A stretch of 64,000 bases of DNA from Candidatus Woesebacteria bacterium GW2011_GWF1_31_35 (GTDB taxonomy: Bacteria > Patescibacteriota > Microgenomatia > UBA8517): NCBI GenBank assembly GCA_001029755.1, contig CP011214.1, forward strand, positions 1,754 to 65,753. The letters are read 5' to 3'. The notes beneath the pieces were generated by a model. It had not been told where the DNA came from and did not search any database. It saw only the letters and a list, made by a program, of their open reading frames with translations. This document shows positions 1-10,527 of the stretch, piece after piece. Position numbers and translations under genes: made by a program. How positions within the stretch are numbered: the first letter of the stretch is position 1; the number at the start of each line of letters is the position of its first letter.

Positions 1-607
1 AAGTTCCACCCAACCATGCTTTTATTTTTTCTTCAGGTTGACTATCATAAACCCTTGTTTTAGTATATCCAGGAGCAATCGCATTTACTAAAATCTTTGG
101 TGCAACAATCTTTGCAAATGTACGAGTAAAACTATTTACTCCAGCTTTAGAAACAGCATAGCCGACACTTCCCCCACCATATTCCCAACCTTTAATAGAA
201 GATGTATTAATTATTTTTCCTTCATCCATTATTTTTACAGCCATTTTAGAACACATCATTACCGAAGTTGTGTTTACATGTAGAAGTTTAAGTAGATCTT
301 CACTAGTTGCTGTTTCAAATGGAACGTATTCTGAAGGATTGGCTGCATTGTTAATTAAAATATCCAATTTACCAAATTTGCCTTTTACAAAATCAAATAG
401 GTTTTTTATTTCTTCATCTTTCTGTAAATCAACTTTAAATTTAAATCCGTTTTCTCCTAATTTACTTAAGGTTTCATTTGATCCGTCCTCATTTATGTTA
501 TAAGTAAAAACGATTTTACATCCTTCTTTCGCAAGAGCTATACATAAAGCTTTACCTATTCCACTACTACCACCGGTAACTACTGCAATTTTATTTTTTA
601 AATTCAT
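1..607 (-). CDS. Short-chain dehydrogenase/reductase (FabG-like SDR), 3' end outside window
   Basis: Read by hand from the reverse strand: MNLKNKIAVVTGGSSGIGKA (TGxxxGIG), LINNA, INTSS, YAVSK (YxxxK), VNAIAPG. Absent from the ORF track because it is truncated by the window edge. Confidence 0.9.
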   Translation of the reverse strand, partial: MNLKNKIAVVTGGSSGIGKALCIALAKEGCKIVFTYNINEDGSNETLSKLGENGFKFKVDLQKDEEIKNLFDFVKGKFGKLDILINNAANPSEYVPFETATSEDLLKLLHVNTTSVMMCSKMAVKIMDEGKIINTSSIKGWEYGGGSVGYAVSKAGVNSFTRTFAKIVAPKILVNAIAPGYTKTRVYDSQPEEKIKAWLGGT

Positions 608-614
608 CTTTACA

Positions 615-623
615 ATAATAACA
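615..623 (-). promoter_or_regulatory. Extended -10 promoter (TGtTATTAT) 7 nt before the SDR start
   Basis: Minus strand reads TG-t-TATTAT-tgtaaag-ATG; no SD. Confidence 0.55.
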
Positions 624-637
624 TTTTTTAAATTATA

Positions 638-889
638 TTATTTATAAACTTCTTTTCTATGACCAAGTAATAGAATAGTTATCATTTTACCATCAATATC
701 ATATATCAAACGATAATCACCTATTCTTAATCTAAATGAACCCAATTTAAATTTTGTTAATCGTTTATTACTAAATAGAATTTCCTCTTTAGATATTAAA
801 TCTAATCTTTCAAGAATTTTCCTTTGGGTAGATTTATCTAATTTTTTTAATTGTCTTAATGCTTTTGTTTTGAATTCGTAAGAATACAC
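638..889 (-). CDS. relE: Type II toxin, RelE/StbE family mRNA interferase
   Basis: 83 aa, basic; ALRQLKKLDK and FRLRIGDYRLIYDI...LGHRKEVY are RelE signatures. Confidence 0.9.
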   Translation of the reverse strand: MYSYEFKTKALRQLKKLDKSTQRKILERLDLISKEEILFSNKRLTKFKLGSFRLRIGDYRLIYDIDGKMITILLLGHRKEVYK

Positions 890-896
890 AAATTAA

Positions 897-1178
897 TTAT
901 ATACCCAACATTTCTTTAACCACATCTGAAGAATAAGATCTTTTAGATTTTCTAGAAGAAGCAATAGCTTTTAAATAACTTGGACTAGAAAGAGCTTCCA
1001 TGTCCTCAATTAAAGATTCCCATATGTTATTTGGGATCAATACACCAAGAGGTTCCTGATTTCTCATCACTCTTACAAATTTACCTTTATCTTTTGCTCT
1101 TGCAAACAATTTTGTTATTCCTGCTTGAGCTTCCTGAACGGAAGCAAAAGATTCCATCCTAATTAATTGTTGAGTCAT
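897..1178 (-). CDS. Type II antitoxin, Phd/YefM-like
   Basis: 93 aa directly upstream of relE; Phd-like pattern SVQEAQ...LF..A...VRVMRNQEPLGVLIP...WESLIEDMEAL. Confidence 0.75.
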   Translation of the reverse strand: MTQQLIRMESFASVQEAQAGITKLFARAKDKGKFVRVMRNQEPLGVLIPNNIWESLIEDMEALSSPSYLKAIASSRKSKRSYSSDVVKEMLGI

Positions 1179-1206
1179 ATGTCATAATTATGACATAATT
1201 ATGACA
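1178..1206. promoter_or_regulatory. TA autoregulatory operator (perfect 20-bp palindrome plus tandem half-copy)
   Basis: tatgtcataattatgacata (1178-1197) is a perfect palindrome; cataattatga repeats at 11-bp period (1183, 1194); abuts the antitoxin start codon. Confidence 0.75.
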
Positions 1207-1210
1207 GGTG

Positions 1211-2050
1211 TCAAGAGGTTGTATACTTAAAGTAGGCAATGGGAAAATGAAGACTAGATAGAAAGCTCCAAAGGAATCCATTTACACCATCAAGTATCCC
1301 CAAGTGTCTAAAATATAAATTAAAAAATGTAAAAGTTGGTTTAATAAATATATAACTCAAAAATTCAGCTAAACCTTTTGAAACTTTTTTATCTTTTAAT
1401 TCTTTTGCATGTAAATCTGTATAACGATTCATTCTCCAAAAATATTTTTTTAAAGTTGGAGAATCAAAATGTAACAAATCATTATTTAACCAGCCTACTT
1501 TCCCATTAATTTCTATTTGTTCATGCACTGATTTTTGAGGAAACTTGGCAAAACCATTTTTAACAAGTCTTATTACCCCATCAGGATAAACACCTGCATG
1601 AATTAATGGTTTCCCTAAAAACATATTCCTTCTTGGTATAAAATACCCAGTTATTTCACCCCTATCTCTTCCTATTTTTCCATCTCTTTCTTCAATTAAC
1701 ATTTGGTGTCTTAAAAAAAGTTCGGAAGGTTTATTTTGTTTTAATTTATTAGTTATTACATCCTTTATTTCTTTTGAAAGTTCTGGAGTTAATGCTTCAT
1801 CAGCATCCATTTGTAAAATCCATTCATTTGAAGCTTTTTCTAATGCAATTTGTTTTGTTATATGAAAAATATCATGATGTGGTTCAAGATATACTTTTGC
1901 TCCAAAACTTTCTGCAATCTTTTTTGTTTTATCTTTAGAATATTCATCAACAATAATTATTTCATCTGCAATTGTCTTTACAGATTCTAAACATCTCCCA
2001 ATATTTTCTTCTTCGTTTCTTGTTGCAAGTACTACAGATAGTTTATTCAT
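1211..2050 (-). CDS. GT2 glycosyltransferase (WaaE/KdtX beta-1,4-glucosyltransferase-like)
   Basis: LSVVLATRNEEENI, IVDEYSKD, MDADE, VHE motifs. Confidence 0.85.
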   Translation of the reverse strand: MNKLSVVLATRNEEENIGRCLESVKTIADEIIIVDEYSKDKTKKIAESFGAKVYLEPHHDIFHITKQIALEKASNEWILQMDADEALTPELSKEIKDVITNKLKQNKPSELFLRHQMLIEERDGKIGRDRGEITGYFIPRRNMFLGKPLIHAGVYPDGVIRLVKNGFAKFPQKSVHEQIEINGKVGWLNNDLLHFDSPTLKKYFWRMNRYTDLHAKELKDKKVSKGLAEFLSYIFIKPTFTFFNLYFRHLGILDGVNGFLWSFLSSLHFPIAYFKYTTS

Positions 2051-2052
2051 AT

Positions 2053-3372
2053 TTATTTAGCTATAATTCCTTTGATTTTAAAATAATCTGCAATTGACTT
2101 ATTAATCCAATCACTTTGATCTGATTTTGTTTGTGCATTAGCAACCAATCCAGCTTCTGGTAATTTATTTATGACAACTAATTCATCTTTACCAGAACTT
2201 GAAGCTTCTTTAATTTTTAAAATCATTTGATCAAAAGCTAAACTATAATTTCTTGCAATATAGACATCTCCACCTAAAGTAGAAGTTAAACTAAAAGAAG
2301 AAATAAAAAGAATAAATGAAAACAATAATGTCAATAATTTATTTTGCATTATACCTCTTGCATGCCAAGAAACAATAAAAACAGACATTAGTACTAAAAA
2401 CATTAAAGTAATATCTGACCTATCAGGTGGGAGCCTACCTAATGTTTTAAAGGCAGGGAAAACATAAAGAATACTTGCTATCACCAATAAACTTAAAATT
2501 GATCCTATGTTTAAATATATCTTTTCTTTATCAATATAAATCCTTTTATTAAATTGGCTAAATACGTACGATAAAACTGCAGTTAATGATGAAAGAAAAA
2601 TAATATTTTTAATAATTAAATAATAAAGTAGTTTTGGACCTTCTTGAACAGAATAAAAGATACTTCCTAATATATTCATCGAATCAGATCCTCCACCAAC
2701 TGCTCTTATACTATTTCCAGGTGACAAATAAACTATTAACAGAGAAGTTATTGATGAAATAAACATAATAAGTAAATATTTCTTCGATTTTTTGAAGATG
2801 AATACATAAACTAAACTTCCCAATAGTATTAAATTAACCATTAAACCAAATGTCTCATTTCCTCCGACCGCTAATAATGTAAATAAAAATACTAATAATA
2901 ATTTCTTTGAAGAAAGAGCCAGTAATATAAAAATAATTGGCCAAAGATAAGTTATGGTTCCTGAAAGCCAGTACCAAGTTTCCATTTTGTTAGGTGTAAT
3001 AAAATAAAGAGAAACTAAAGCCATGGATGATAATATATAAAGATAAACATTCTTTAATTTAAGATTTAAAAATGACCTGAAAAATGACAATAATGCGAAA
3101 AATAATAAAGAGAGAGTAATAATTGAAAAAAGAGAGGAATTTCCAGAATTAGAAGAATATGCTCCAAAGAAAGTTTGTAAAAATGTTGAGGTAAATCTTC
3201 CACTCCAAGACAGATACCAACTTAATTGCGCTTTCCAGAAACCTTGACTAAAAACCGTTGATCCATAGGCAAAATCATCAGCAGACATTCTATTAAATGG
3301 AATTATTGAAAAAATTTTTAAAAATCCCATTAAGGCTAATACTGACATTGAAAACCAAGCATATTTTTTCAT
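2053..3372 (-). CDS. Polytopic membrane protein, DUF6056-like GT-C-fold glycosyltransferase
   Basis: About 11 TM segments; N-terminal ADDF.Y and WSGRF motifs; SPGN..R. Confidence 0.6.
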   Translation of the reverse strand: MKKYAWFSMSVLALMGFLKIFSIIPFNRMSADDFAYGSTVFSQGFWKAQLSWYLSWSGRFTSTFLQTFFGAYSSNSGNSSLFSIITLSLLFFALLSFFRSFLNLKLKNVYLYILSSMALVSLYFITPNKMETWYWLSGTITYLWPIIFILLALSSKKLLLVFLFTLLAVGGNETFGLMVNLILLGSLVYVFIFKKSKKYLLIMFISSITSLLIVYLSPGNSIRAVGGGSDSMNILGSIFYSVQEGPKLLYYLIIKNIIFLSSLTAVLSYVFSQFNKRIYIDKEKIYLNIGSILSLLVIASILYVFPAFKTLGRLPPDRSDITLMFLVLMSVFIVSWHARGIMQNKLLTLLFSFILFISSFSLTSTLGGDVYIARNYSLAFDQMILKIKEASSSGKDELVVINKLPEAGLVANAQTKSDQSDWINKSIADYFKIKGIIAK

Positions 3373-3377
3373 ATTAG

Positions 3378-5036
3378 TTAATTAGCTACTATTCTAAAGT
3401 ATTTAAAACTATTTGATCCATATATTTCTTTTACAATATTAGCTTCATTTGAAATTTCTTCAGGAGTCCCTACTAAAAGTGAGTTTGGATAAATTGGTCT
3501 CATCTCATCATATTTAATACTTAAAAAGTGATATTTGTCAAAATTTTTAACTGTTGAAAATCCATATCCATCTCTCGCTGTCAAAGTATGATTTTTTTGA
3601 AAAGTTAAAGGATCATACTTTGTATAGAAAAGAAATAGTATGTACGGTTGGTCATATCTATCAGTAACCACTATATTTTTATACTTATCTTTGTTTTCAT
3701 TAACATAAGTAACCAATTCTTTTAAACCATATTGACTAGAATATGGATATTCTTTTGCCATATGAACCCAATACATATGTTCATATCTTAAAAATCCCAA
3801 AATAGTAGCTACAGATATTAAAACTAACAATAAAATTCTTATTATTTTATTTTTATTTTTTGTTATTAAACCAATAATAGTCAGCAGTCCCAGGCTACTT
3901 ATAATAGTTAATGGTATTACCATGTTTTGAGCTCTAAGTGCGTGCGGTGATTGAAAAGTTAAAGCAGCTGCCATTGGTGCGATAATTAACCAATAAAATA
4001 TAAGTTTAATCGGCTTTTCTTTGAATCTTTTAATTAAAACTATAATTCCAACAGCTAAGAATAAAATATCGGTTAAATACATTTCCCCTGTTTCAGGAAC
4101 TTTATTTCTTTGAATGTCATCTCCTGATAAAAACAAGAATAAACCATGGAAGTGTTCACCCCAATTATCCATAAAAGCTAAACCATAATTAACTACTTTA
4201 TTATGAATTAACTTTGCAGGAAGACTCCTAAAATCACCATGTTCAGTTCTCTGTTCTTCAATTCTTGAAAGTGGTCCTGGATCTGCAAAAAGTCCTACCC
4301 CAGTGACTCTAGAAGATACAGCTCCCTTTGTGAAATCTAATATAAGAGGTATTAATAGTAAAAATGATACAGACAGGCTTATTATTATTACTTTAAGGTT
4401 CTTTTTAACAAATAAATCTCTAAAGTAGATTACCAACAGTCCTAAACCCAGTAGTGGAACTACAATTCTTGCAGCATGATATGTATATAAAGATAATATA
4501 AATGAAAAAAAGCTAAGTATTAAATAGTAAGCTTTTTCCCTGGTATTTATAAACTTAATAAATAACCAGGTTCCCAAAACTATAAAAAATGTAGCCAGAT
4601 TTACTTCCCAACCACCTCTACTAAAATGAATATGCCAAGGTGAGATTGCAAGCATACCACTTGTAATAAGTGCCAAATTTTCGTTTTCTTTAATATTTAA
4701 ATACTTTTTAAAAATCTCTAAAGTAAGATAATAGAGAACTAAAACTGTTAATACACCAGCAAAAGCTCCCGGAATTCTTACAGCCCACTCATTTAAACCT
4801 AATAATTTTACGAAAGGAATAACTGTATAAAAATAAAGCCCTGGTTTATAGTCATTAAATGATTGGAAATGGATAGGCCAAGAATTTCCATGTTCATCCA
4901 TTCCTGTTTTAATTAAAGAATATGCATTGTATCCAATAGCTGCCTCATCAGCGTTAAAGGCGGGGTAGGAATCAAGCCTCCAGAATCTTAATCCAAAAGC
5001 TAAGACAATAATTAAAATAAATAATAACTTTTTCAT
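3378..5036 (-). CDS. ArnT/PMT-like (GT83/GT39) GT-C glycosyltransferase
   Basis: NADEAAIGYNAYSL, GMDEHG, DYKPGLY, SPWHIHFSR; many TMs. Confidence 0.85.
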   Translation of the reverse strand: MKKLLFILIIVLAFGLRFWRLDSYPAFNADEAAIGYNAYSLIKTGMDEHGNSWPIHFQSFNDYKPGLYFYTVIPFVKLLGLNEWAVRIPGAFAGVLTVLVLYYLTLEIFKKYLNIKENENLALITSGMLAISPWHIHFSRGGWEVNLATFFIVLGTWLFIKFINTREKAYYLILSFFSFILSLYTYHAARIVVPLLGLGLLVIYFRDLFVKKNLKVIIISLSVSFLLLIPLILDFTKGAVSSRVTGVGLFADPGPLSRIEEQRTEHGDFRSLPAKLIHNKVVNYGLAFMDNWGEHFHGLFLFLSGDDIQRNKVPETGEMYLTDILFLAVGIIVLIKRFKEKPIKLIFYWLIIAPMAAALTFQSPHALRAQNMVIPLTIISSLGLLTIIGLITKNKNKIIRILLLVLISVATILGFLRYEHMYWVHMAKEYPYSSQYGLKELVTYVNENKDKYKNIVVTDRYDQPYILFLFYTKYDPLTFQKNHTLTARDGYGFSTVKNFDKYHFLSIKYDEMRPIYPNSLLVGTPEEISNEANIVKEIYGSNSFKYFRIVAN

Positions 5037-6697
5037 TTAACTTCTATAATTCTAAATGCCGTATCCCTATTATTAAGATATTTAATTTCCTTAATTAGCC
5101 TAAACTCCTTTTCATCATTTGAGTCAGCTGGCGGAATACGAAGTGTATCTGCAACAAAAAGAGTTCCCCTATCTCCCCTATTTATAGACCAATCAATTGG
5201 ACCAAATTCAATATTGTCTAATTTTGTAATATAACCAACATCTCCAATGTACTCACTATTTACAAAACTTGTATTTTTTTGATATTTAGAAGGATCATAT
5301 TTTTGAAAAAATAGAAAGAAAATATATGGCTGTGCAAAACTTTGCTGAACAACAATTTTTTTGTAATTTCCTTGTATTGGTGTAATTGTCTCTACAACTT
5401 GTGAATAGCCATATGACCAAAGTTTGGAGTTGTGTGCTGAAACGTGTACAAAATAAGAATCTAAAAAGTAAGTTATGCTAACTAAATAAACCAAAAAGAC
5501 TATTGAGTAAAAATAAACTTTATATTTATTTTTGTTTATAAAGGTAATTAAACCACTAAGTCCAAATGTACAAATTATTATTAAAGGTATTGCCATATTA
5601 AAACTTCTAACTGCATGCACCTGATCACGTGACAAGACAGCAGGAAGAGGAGCTAATATTAGCCAAAAAAGAAAAAACAAATGTTCTTTCTTAAGCTTAT
5701 TTTTAAATATTTCAAAAAATCCTAAAATTAAAATTATTAAATCAGATAAAAGTAACATTCCTTGATAAGGTGCAGAATGCCTTAGATTTGAAAAATCTCC
5801 TTCGAAAAATAAAAACCTTCCTGAAAAATGATTAAACCAGCGTCCCATTATTCCCCGTTTAAAATTTAGATCTTCTGAATGGAATAGGTAATAACTTAAA
5901 CTTCCAATTTTCTCTTTTCCTTCATCAAGCATACTTTGTATGTATTCTTTAGGCCTTGGGTATGAAAAAACACTAAATACTTCAAGTCTTCCTGTTAAAC
6001 CAGTAAACATACTAAGAATTATTGGAGATGAAATTAATAGACCTAAAAGAAGCGATTGTGTTAAATATTTTTTTGGAAACTTAACTAAATCTTTAAAATA
6101 AAAAATTAATAAAAGTACTACCACCAAACCAGATGAAAGCTTTGCACCTTGGTAAGCTAAGAGTGTAAGAGCAAAGAAAAGAGAACTTATAATTAGGAAT
6201 TTATTCTTTTCTAGTGATTTAAGGAAAAAATAAATTCCTGCTAAAGTTAAAGTAAGTGACAAATTTACTTCCCACGCTCCACGAGAGAAATAAATAAGCC
6301 ATGGATTAAAAGCTCCTATAAAACCTGTAAATATGGCAAACTTTTTTCCAAAGAATCTATTTGCAATTAAATATATTAAATAAATTGAAATTACTCCAAA
6401 AATTGCAGAAGGTAAACGAACTGAAAATTCACTTAGACCTAAAACAGCAACAAATGGAACTGTCGTATAAATATATAGTCCAGGTTTATAATCCCCAAAT
6501 GATTTAAAAATTAAAGGCAAGGTTTTTCCATATTCATCTTTTCCTGTTTTCAAAATTGAATATGCGTTATACCCTAAGGAAGCTTCATCTGGAGTTAGAT
6601 GTGGAGGGATATTATCTAGGTTCCATACTCTAATAATTGCTGCCAATAAAATTATTAGCCACAATATATTTTTATTTAAAAGTTTAATTATTTTCAT
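5033..6697 (-). CDS. ArnT/PMT-like GT-C glycosyltransferase
   Basis: TPDEASLGYNAYSI, DEYG, DYKP motifs; start placed at MKIIK (ORF track extends to 6721). Confidence 0.85.
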   Translation of the reverse strand: MKIIKLLNKNILWLIILLAAIIRVWNLDNIPPHLTPDEASLGYNAYSILKTGKDEYGKTLPLIFKSFGDYKPGLYIYTTVPFVAVLGLSEFSVRLPSAIFGVISIYLIYLIANRFFGKKFAIFTGFIGAFNPWLIYFSRGAWEVNLSLTLTLAGIYFFLKSLEKNKFLIISSLFFALTLLAYQGAKLSSGLVVVLLLIFYFKDLVKFPKKYLTQSLLLGLLISSPIILSMFTGLTGRLEVFSVFSYPRPKEYIQSMLDEGKEKIGSLSYYLFHSEDLNFKRGIMGRWFNHFSGRFLFFEGDFSNLRHSAPYQGMLLLSDLIILILGFFEIFKNKLKKEHLFFLFWLILAPLPAVLSRDQVHAVRSFNMAIPLIIICTFGLSGLITFINKNKYKVYFYSIVFLVYLVSITYFLDSYFVHVSAHNSKLWSYGYSQVVETITPIQGNYKKIVVQQSFAQPYIFFLFFQKYDPSKYQKNTSFVNSEYIGDVGYITKLDNIEFGPIDWSINRGDRGTLFVADTLRIPPADSNDEKEFRLIKEIKYLNNRDTAFRIIEVK

Positions 6698-8360
6698 ATA
6701 GTTCAAAGGCAACACTTCCATCCAAAAAATTAATTGTCTTTATTTTACTCCAATCTGCTGGAGCGTTTTTGGGACTTGTTACAAGAAGGCATTTTGCTTG
6801 CCTACAATCCACTATTCTTTTACTTTCTTGAATAAACTTATAACCTTCTTTAGGTATCTGCCAATCATTAACAAAATAGTATTTATCAAATCCATCAACC
6901 CAATACCAACCTGCTTGATAAAACCTATTTAAATTTTTATCATTCCTATACCAATTAGAATTAAATGCACTATAGAAAAGAATAAATTCATGCGGTTCTC
7001 CATATTTTTTAGTAATTATTATCTTTGCATAATTATCATTATTCTCTTTTATGTAACTAACTACTTCTAAATATCCATATTGCCAACTTTCGGAATATTT
7101 ATTTTTATAATCAGTAAAATATTTCATTAAATAATTTTCAAAAAATAAAAATAATATAACTACATATAAAAATATGAATAATAATCTATTTTTTCCTTTA
7201 ATTTTTTTAATAACATAGTTAACACCAAGCGAAGTTAAAATCATTGGTATTGGAAGCATAGTAATTGCACGTAATACATGTGGGTCTTCTCTAGTTAAAC
7301 TACTAGCAATTGGTCCTAATAAAATCCAAGATAAAAGTAAATAACTTTCTTTGGTTTTTAGTTTCAATAAATAAATAAACCCAATTATTAAAAATGGAAA
7401 ATTAATTAAATAAATAAGACCATTTTTTGGAAGACTAAATTGATAATTTGATCCACCTTCTAAAATCAAAAACTTCGGGGAAAAATGGCTAAAATAATTT
7501 TTAATAAATTCTTTCGAAAAATACGTAATTTTATTTGATAGTATTCTAGGGATTGGGTCAGGAGCCTTTATTTTTTTTCTTAATTCAATTATTTTATTTG
7601 TTGCCCCTTCATCTAATATTGCCACCTTAGAATACCTTGCAGATCCTGAAGAACTAACAAGTTGATAAAACATTGGAACAAAAAAAATTGCTAAGAAAAT
7701 TAGTATTTTTTTGGCTATAATTTTATTTCCTTCAAAAAAACCTTTAAATTCATTTTTATAAATTAATAATAAAGATAATAAAAATAACGGAGTAAAAATA
7801 CGATATGAGTTATATGTCCAAACAGTTAAGCTAAAGAAAAGCGTAGAAAATATTAAATACTTAACTTTTAAACTATTAATAAATTTAATAAGGAAATAAA
7901 CCCCTAAAATAAATAAGAATAAGGCTAAGTTAGCCTCAAAAGCAGGTCTTCCTAAAAAGAAAGTCCATGGTTCAATTGTAACCAAAAAAGCAGAAAACAA
8001 AGCTATCCTTTTATAACTTTTTACAAATTTAAGATTATCTTTTAAAAGTTCTACCATTAATAAATACGTTACCCAGATAGTTCCAATCCCAGCTAAAACT
8101 GAGGGTAATCTAACAGCAAAAGAATTAATTCCAAAGAAAAATTCTGAAATTGAAGTTAAATAAATATAAACAGGTAATTTAAAATCCCCATAAGCTTTAA
8201 AAATTAAAGGCATTATTTTCCCCCACTCATCTTTTCCTGAAGTTAGAATTGAAAAAGCATTATAACCATGACTAATTTCATCCCAATTTAAAGAAGGAGG
8301 GTTGGAATTTATAAACAAAAACCTTGTAACAACAGTTAAAATTAAAATTAAATAAATCAT
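6684..8360 (-). CDS. ArnT/PMT-like GT-C glycosyltransferase
   Basis: NWDEISHGYNAFSI, DEWG, DFKLP; many TMs. Confidence 0.85.
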   Translation of the reverse strand: MIYLILILTVVTRFLFINSNPPSLNWDEISHGYNAFSILTSGKDEWGKIMPLIFKAYGDFKLPVYIYLTSISEFFFGINSFAVRLPSVLAGIGTIWVTYLLMVELLKDNLKFVKSYKRIALFSAFLVTIEPWTFFLGRPAFEANLALFLFILGVYFLIKFINSLKVKYLIFSTLFFSLTVWTYNSYRIFTPLFLLSLLLIYKNEFKGFFEGNKIIAKKILIFLAIFFVPMFYQLVSSSGSARYSKVAILDEGATNKIIELRKKIKAPDPIPRILSNKITYFSKEFIKNYFSHFSPKFLILEGGSNYQFSLPKNGLIYLINFPFLIIGFIYLLKLKTKESYLLLSWILLGPIASSLTREDPHVLRAITMLPIPMILTSLGVNYVIKKIKGKNRLLFIFLYVVILFLFFENYLMKYFTDYKNKYSESWQYGYLEVVSYIKENNDNYAKIIITKKYGEPHEFILFYSAFNSNWYRNDKNLNRFYQAGWYWVDGFDKYYFVNDWQIPKEGYKFIQESKRIVDCRQAKCLLVTSPKNAPADWSKIKTINFLDGSVAFELYENN

Positions 8361-9937
8361 GGTTCAATTAATAGAAACGCTTCTTTTCCGTTTAAATAAT
8401 ATATTGTTTTTACAATTTTTCCCTTTTCTCTTGTCCCATCTAAAAAGTCCCAAGGAGAACCAATTAATAATACATTTTCTTTATTCATATAATCTTCTTG
8501 ATTTGGTCTTCTGAATTTAATCTCTGATCTATGATTTCCAGTCTCTAAAAAGAAATCCCTATCCCACTTACAATAAATTAAAACATAGAGATAAGGTAAA
8601 CCAGTATTTAAAGGCCCTTCTTCCCCAAAAGTATCTGTAATTACTATTTCTTTATATTTATCTATATTTTCACAAGCGTAAATAACAGCATCTTTATACC
8701 CATATTGCCAAGACTCAGAATAAAATCTTGGAAACTGTTTTGTGTAAATATCAAATAAATAAATAAAATTAACCAGAACTAATACAAAATAAATCAAAAC
8801 TACCTTTTTAAATTTAAATCTATTCAATAAGTATTCAAAACCAGAAGCCATAACTATTCCAAAAAAAGGAATCCATACCAAAGCTCTTAGGGGATGTTGT
8901 TCATTCATGGTTAGGGAAGCAGGAAACGGTCCTGCAAAAAACCAGAACAGGGCAAGTGATTTTAATTTGTTATTCTTTGATTTAGCTAAGTAATATATCC
9001 CTACTAAAAATAAGGGTAAATCTATTATCATTAATAAACCCAAATCAGGATATCCTGGAGGTGTAAATTGCATTCCTTTCCAAAACAAAAATCTTAAATC
9101 GTAGTAATTTAGATATTTACTCAACCAGTGACTGTAAACTAAATAGATATCATTGTTAAATAGCCTTTCACCCAAATTTTTATAATTTCCGTTGTGCATT
9201 ATTTTTACTAAAGAACTTTCTCTTAATATTGATGTTGAAAAAGCTCTTTGACTAATCGCAGGAGTGAAAAATGCGAGTTTAATAAAAGGAATTGCAAAAA
9301 TTAAAGTTATCAAAATAAACGTTATTATTTTTTTCTTGGGTTTAAAAATAAAGAAAAGAAAAATGACAATAAGTGGAACAAATAATCTTTCTGCATGATA
9401 TGACCAAACAGAAAGACTCATAAATACCGCTGCTAAAATTGCATTTAACATATTTTTATTTTTAGACCAGGAGATAAAAACTGTAGTACCCAAGACAAGA
9501 AAGAAAAGAGCCGTAACTGCCTCAAAAGAAGCTCTTGAAAAGTGTATATGCCAAGGTAAAATTGCTAACCAAAAACCTGCCAAGATAGAAGATTTAAAAG
9601 ACAATCCTAGATTAATTAACAATAAAATAAATACAACAACAGTTAGAGATCCTATCAGTGCTACTGGAAATCTAATTCCAAATTCATTTAAACCAAAGAC
9701 GGCAATTGATGGTACAGTTAAATAAATATTAACTGGTGGTTTATAATCACCCGCTGATCTAAAAGCTAAGGGTAATAACTCACCAAACTCGTCTCTGGCA
9801 GTTTTTAGGATTGAATATGCATTGTAACCAATAGCCACCTCATCCATTGAAAAAGACACTGGATATTTAGTTAAATTCCAAGTTCTTAAAAAGAATGCTA
9901 ACAGAAATATACTAATAATTATTAATTTTTTAGCCAT
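8357..9937 (-). CDS. ArnT/PMT-like GT-C glycosyltransferase
   Basis: SMDEVAIGYNAYSI, DEFG, DYKPP, PWHIHFSR. Confidence 0.85.
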   Translation of the reverse strand: MAKKLIIISIFLLAFFLRTWNLTKYPVSFSMDEVAIGYNAYSILKTARDEFGELLPLAFRSAGDYKPPVNIYLTVPSIAVFGLNEFGIRFPVALIGSLTVVVFILLLINLGLSFKSSILAGFWLAILPWHIHFSRASFEAVTALFFLVLGTTVFISWSKNKNMLNAILAAVFMSLSVWSYHAERLFVPLIVIFLFFIFKPKKKIITFILITLIFAIPFIKLAFFTPAISQRAFSTSILRESSLVKIMHNGNYKNLGERLFNNDIYLVYSHWLSKYLNYYDLRFLFWKGMQFTPPGYPDLGLLMIIDLPLFLVGIYYLAKSKNNKLKSLALFWFFAGPFPASLTMNEQHPLRALVWIPFFGIVMASGFEYLLNRFKFKKVVLIYFVLVLVNFIYLFDIYTKQFPRFYSESWQYGYKDAVIYACENIDKYKEIVITDTFGEEGPLNTGLPYLYVLIYCKWDRDFFLETGNHRSEIKFRRPNQEDYMNKENVLLIGSPWDFLDGTREKGKIVKTIYYLNGKEAFLLIEP

Positions 9938-10515
9938 ATAACTCTTCCTATTATAAATAACATATACAAAACCGCCAATATTAAATATTTTCGATTTACA
10001 GATTTAGAAGCAATGTTAATATATATTAATAAAACAGGAAGAAGGAAGGCTAAATTTCTTTTACCAAGTAAAAATGTAAATAAAGATATTCCCAGTGTCC
10101 AAAAAATAAGTTTAAAGTTTCTATTTTTTATTAAGCTTATTAAACCCAAAACCCAAAATGGGAAAAGTATTCCTGCTATTGGTTCTACGCCAGAAGGTGA
10201 AAATCTAGTTCCATCTCCTGCCTGGAAATAAGGTCTAGGTGAGGTGTAACTTAAAAATGAGAAAAAGTTATCAAGCATTACATAGACTTTGTTATAATAA
10301 ATTTTTGATAATAAGTCTTCTTTTTCATTTCCAAAAGCATTCCACCTAACTTCTTGGATTTTCATAAGATTATCACTAGAAAAAATCGAACTAATATTTT
10401 TTTTGAAATATGAAGGTGCCATTTTCCATTCGAGTACTATACTTTTTAAATTAAATAAATTCCACCAAAATCCTGCTGTCAATATTATTAGTAATAGTGT
10501 TTTTTTATTCTTCAT
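9922..10515 (-). CDS. Short membrane protein resembling the middle/C-terminal part of the neighbouring ArnT-like paralogues
   Basis: KIYYNK...NFFSFLSYTSPRPYFQAGD aligns by eye with HNK...NYLQYFSP.FL..GD of the paralogues; lacks the N-terminal DE loop. Confidence 0.55.
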   Translation of the reverse strand: MKNKKTLLLIILTAGFWWNLFNLKSIVLEWKMAPSYFKKNISSIFSSDNLMKIQEVRWNAFGNEKEDLLSKIYYNKVYVMLDNFFSFLSYTSPRPYFQAGDGTRFSPSGVEPIAGILFPFWVLGLISLIKNRNFKLIFWTLGISLFTFLLGKRNLAFLLPVLLIYINIASKSVNRKYLILAVLYMLFIIGRVIWLKN

Positions 10516-10527
10516 TTTTAAAAAAAA

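Noticed and set aside
270-503. 77-aa plus-strand ORF
   Set aside because: Antisense shadow of the clearly recognisable SDR on the minus strand.
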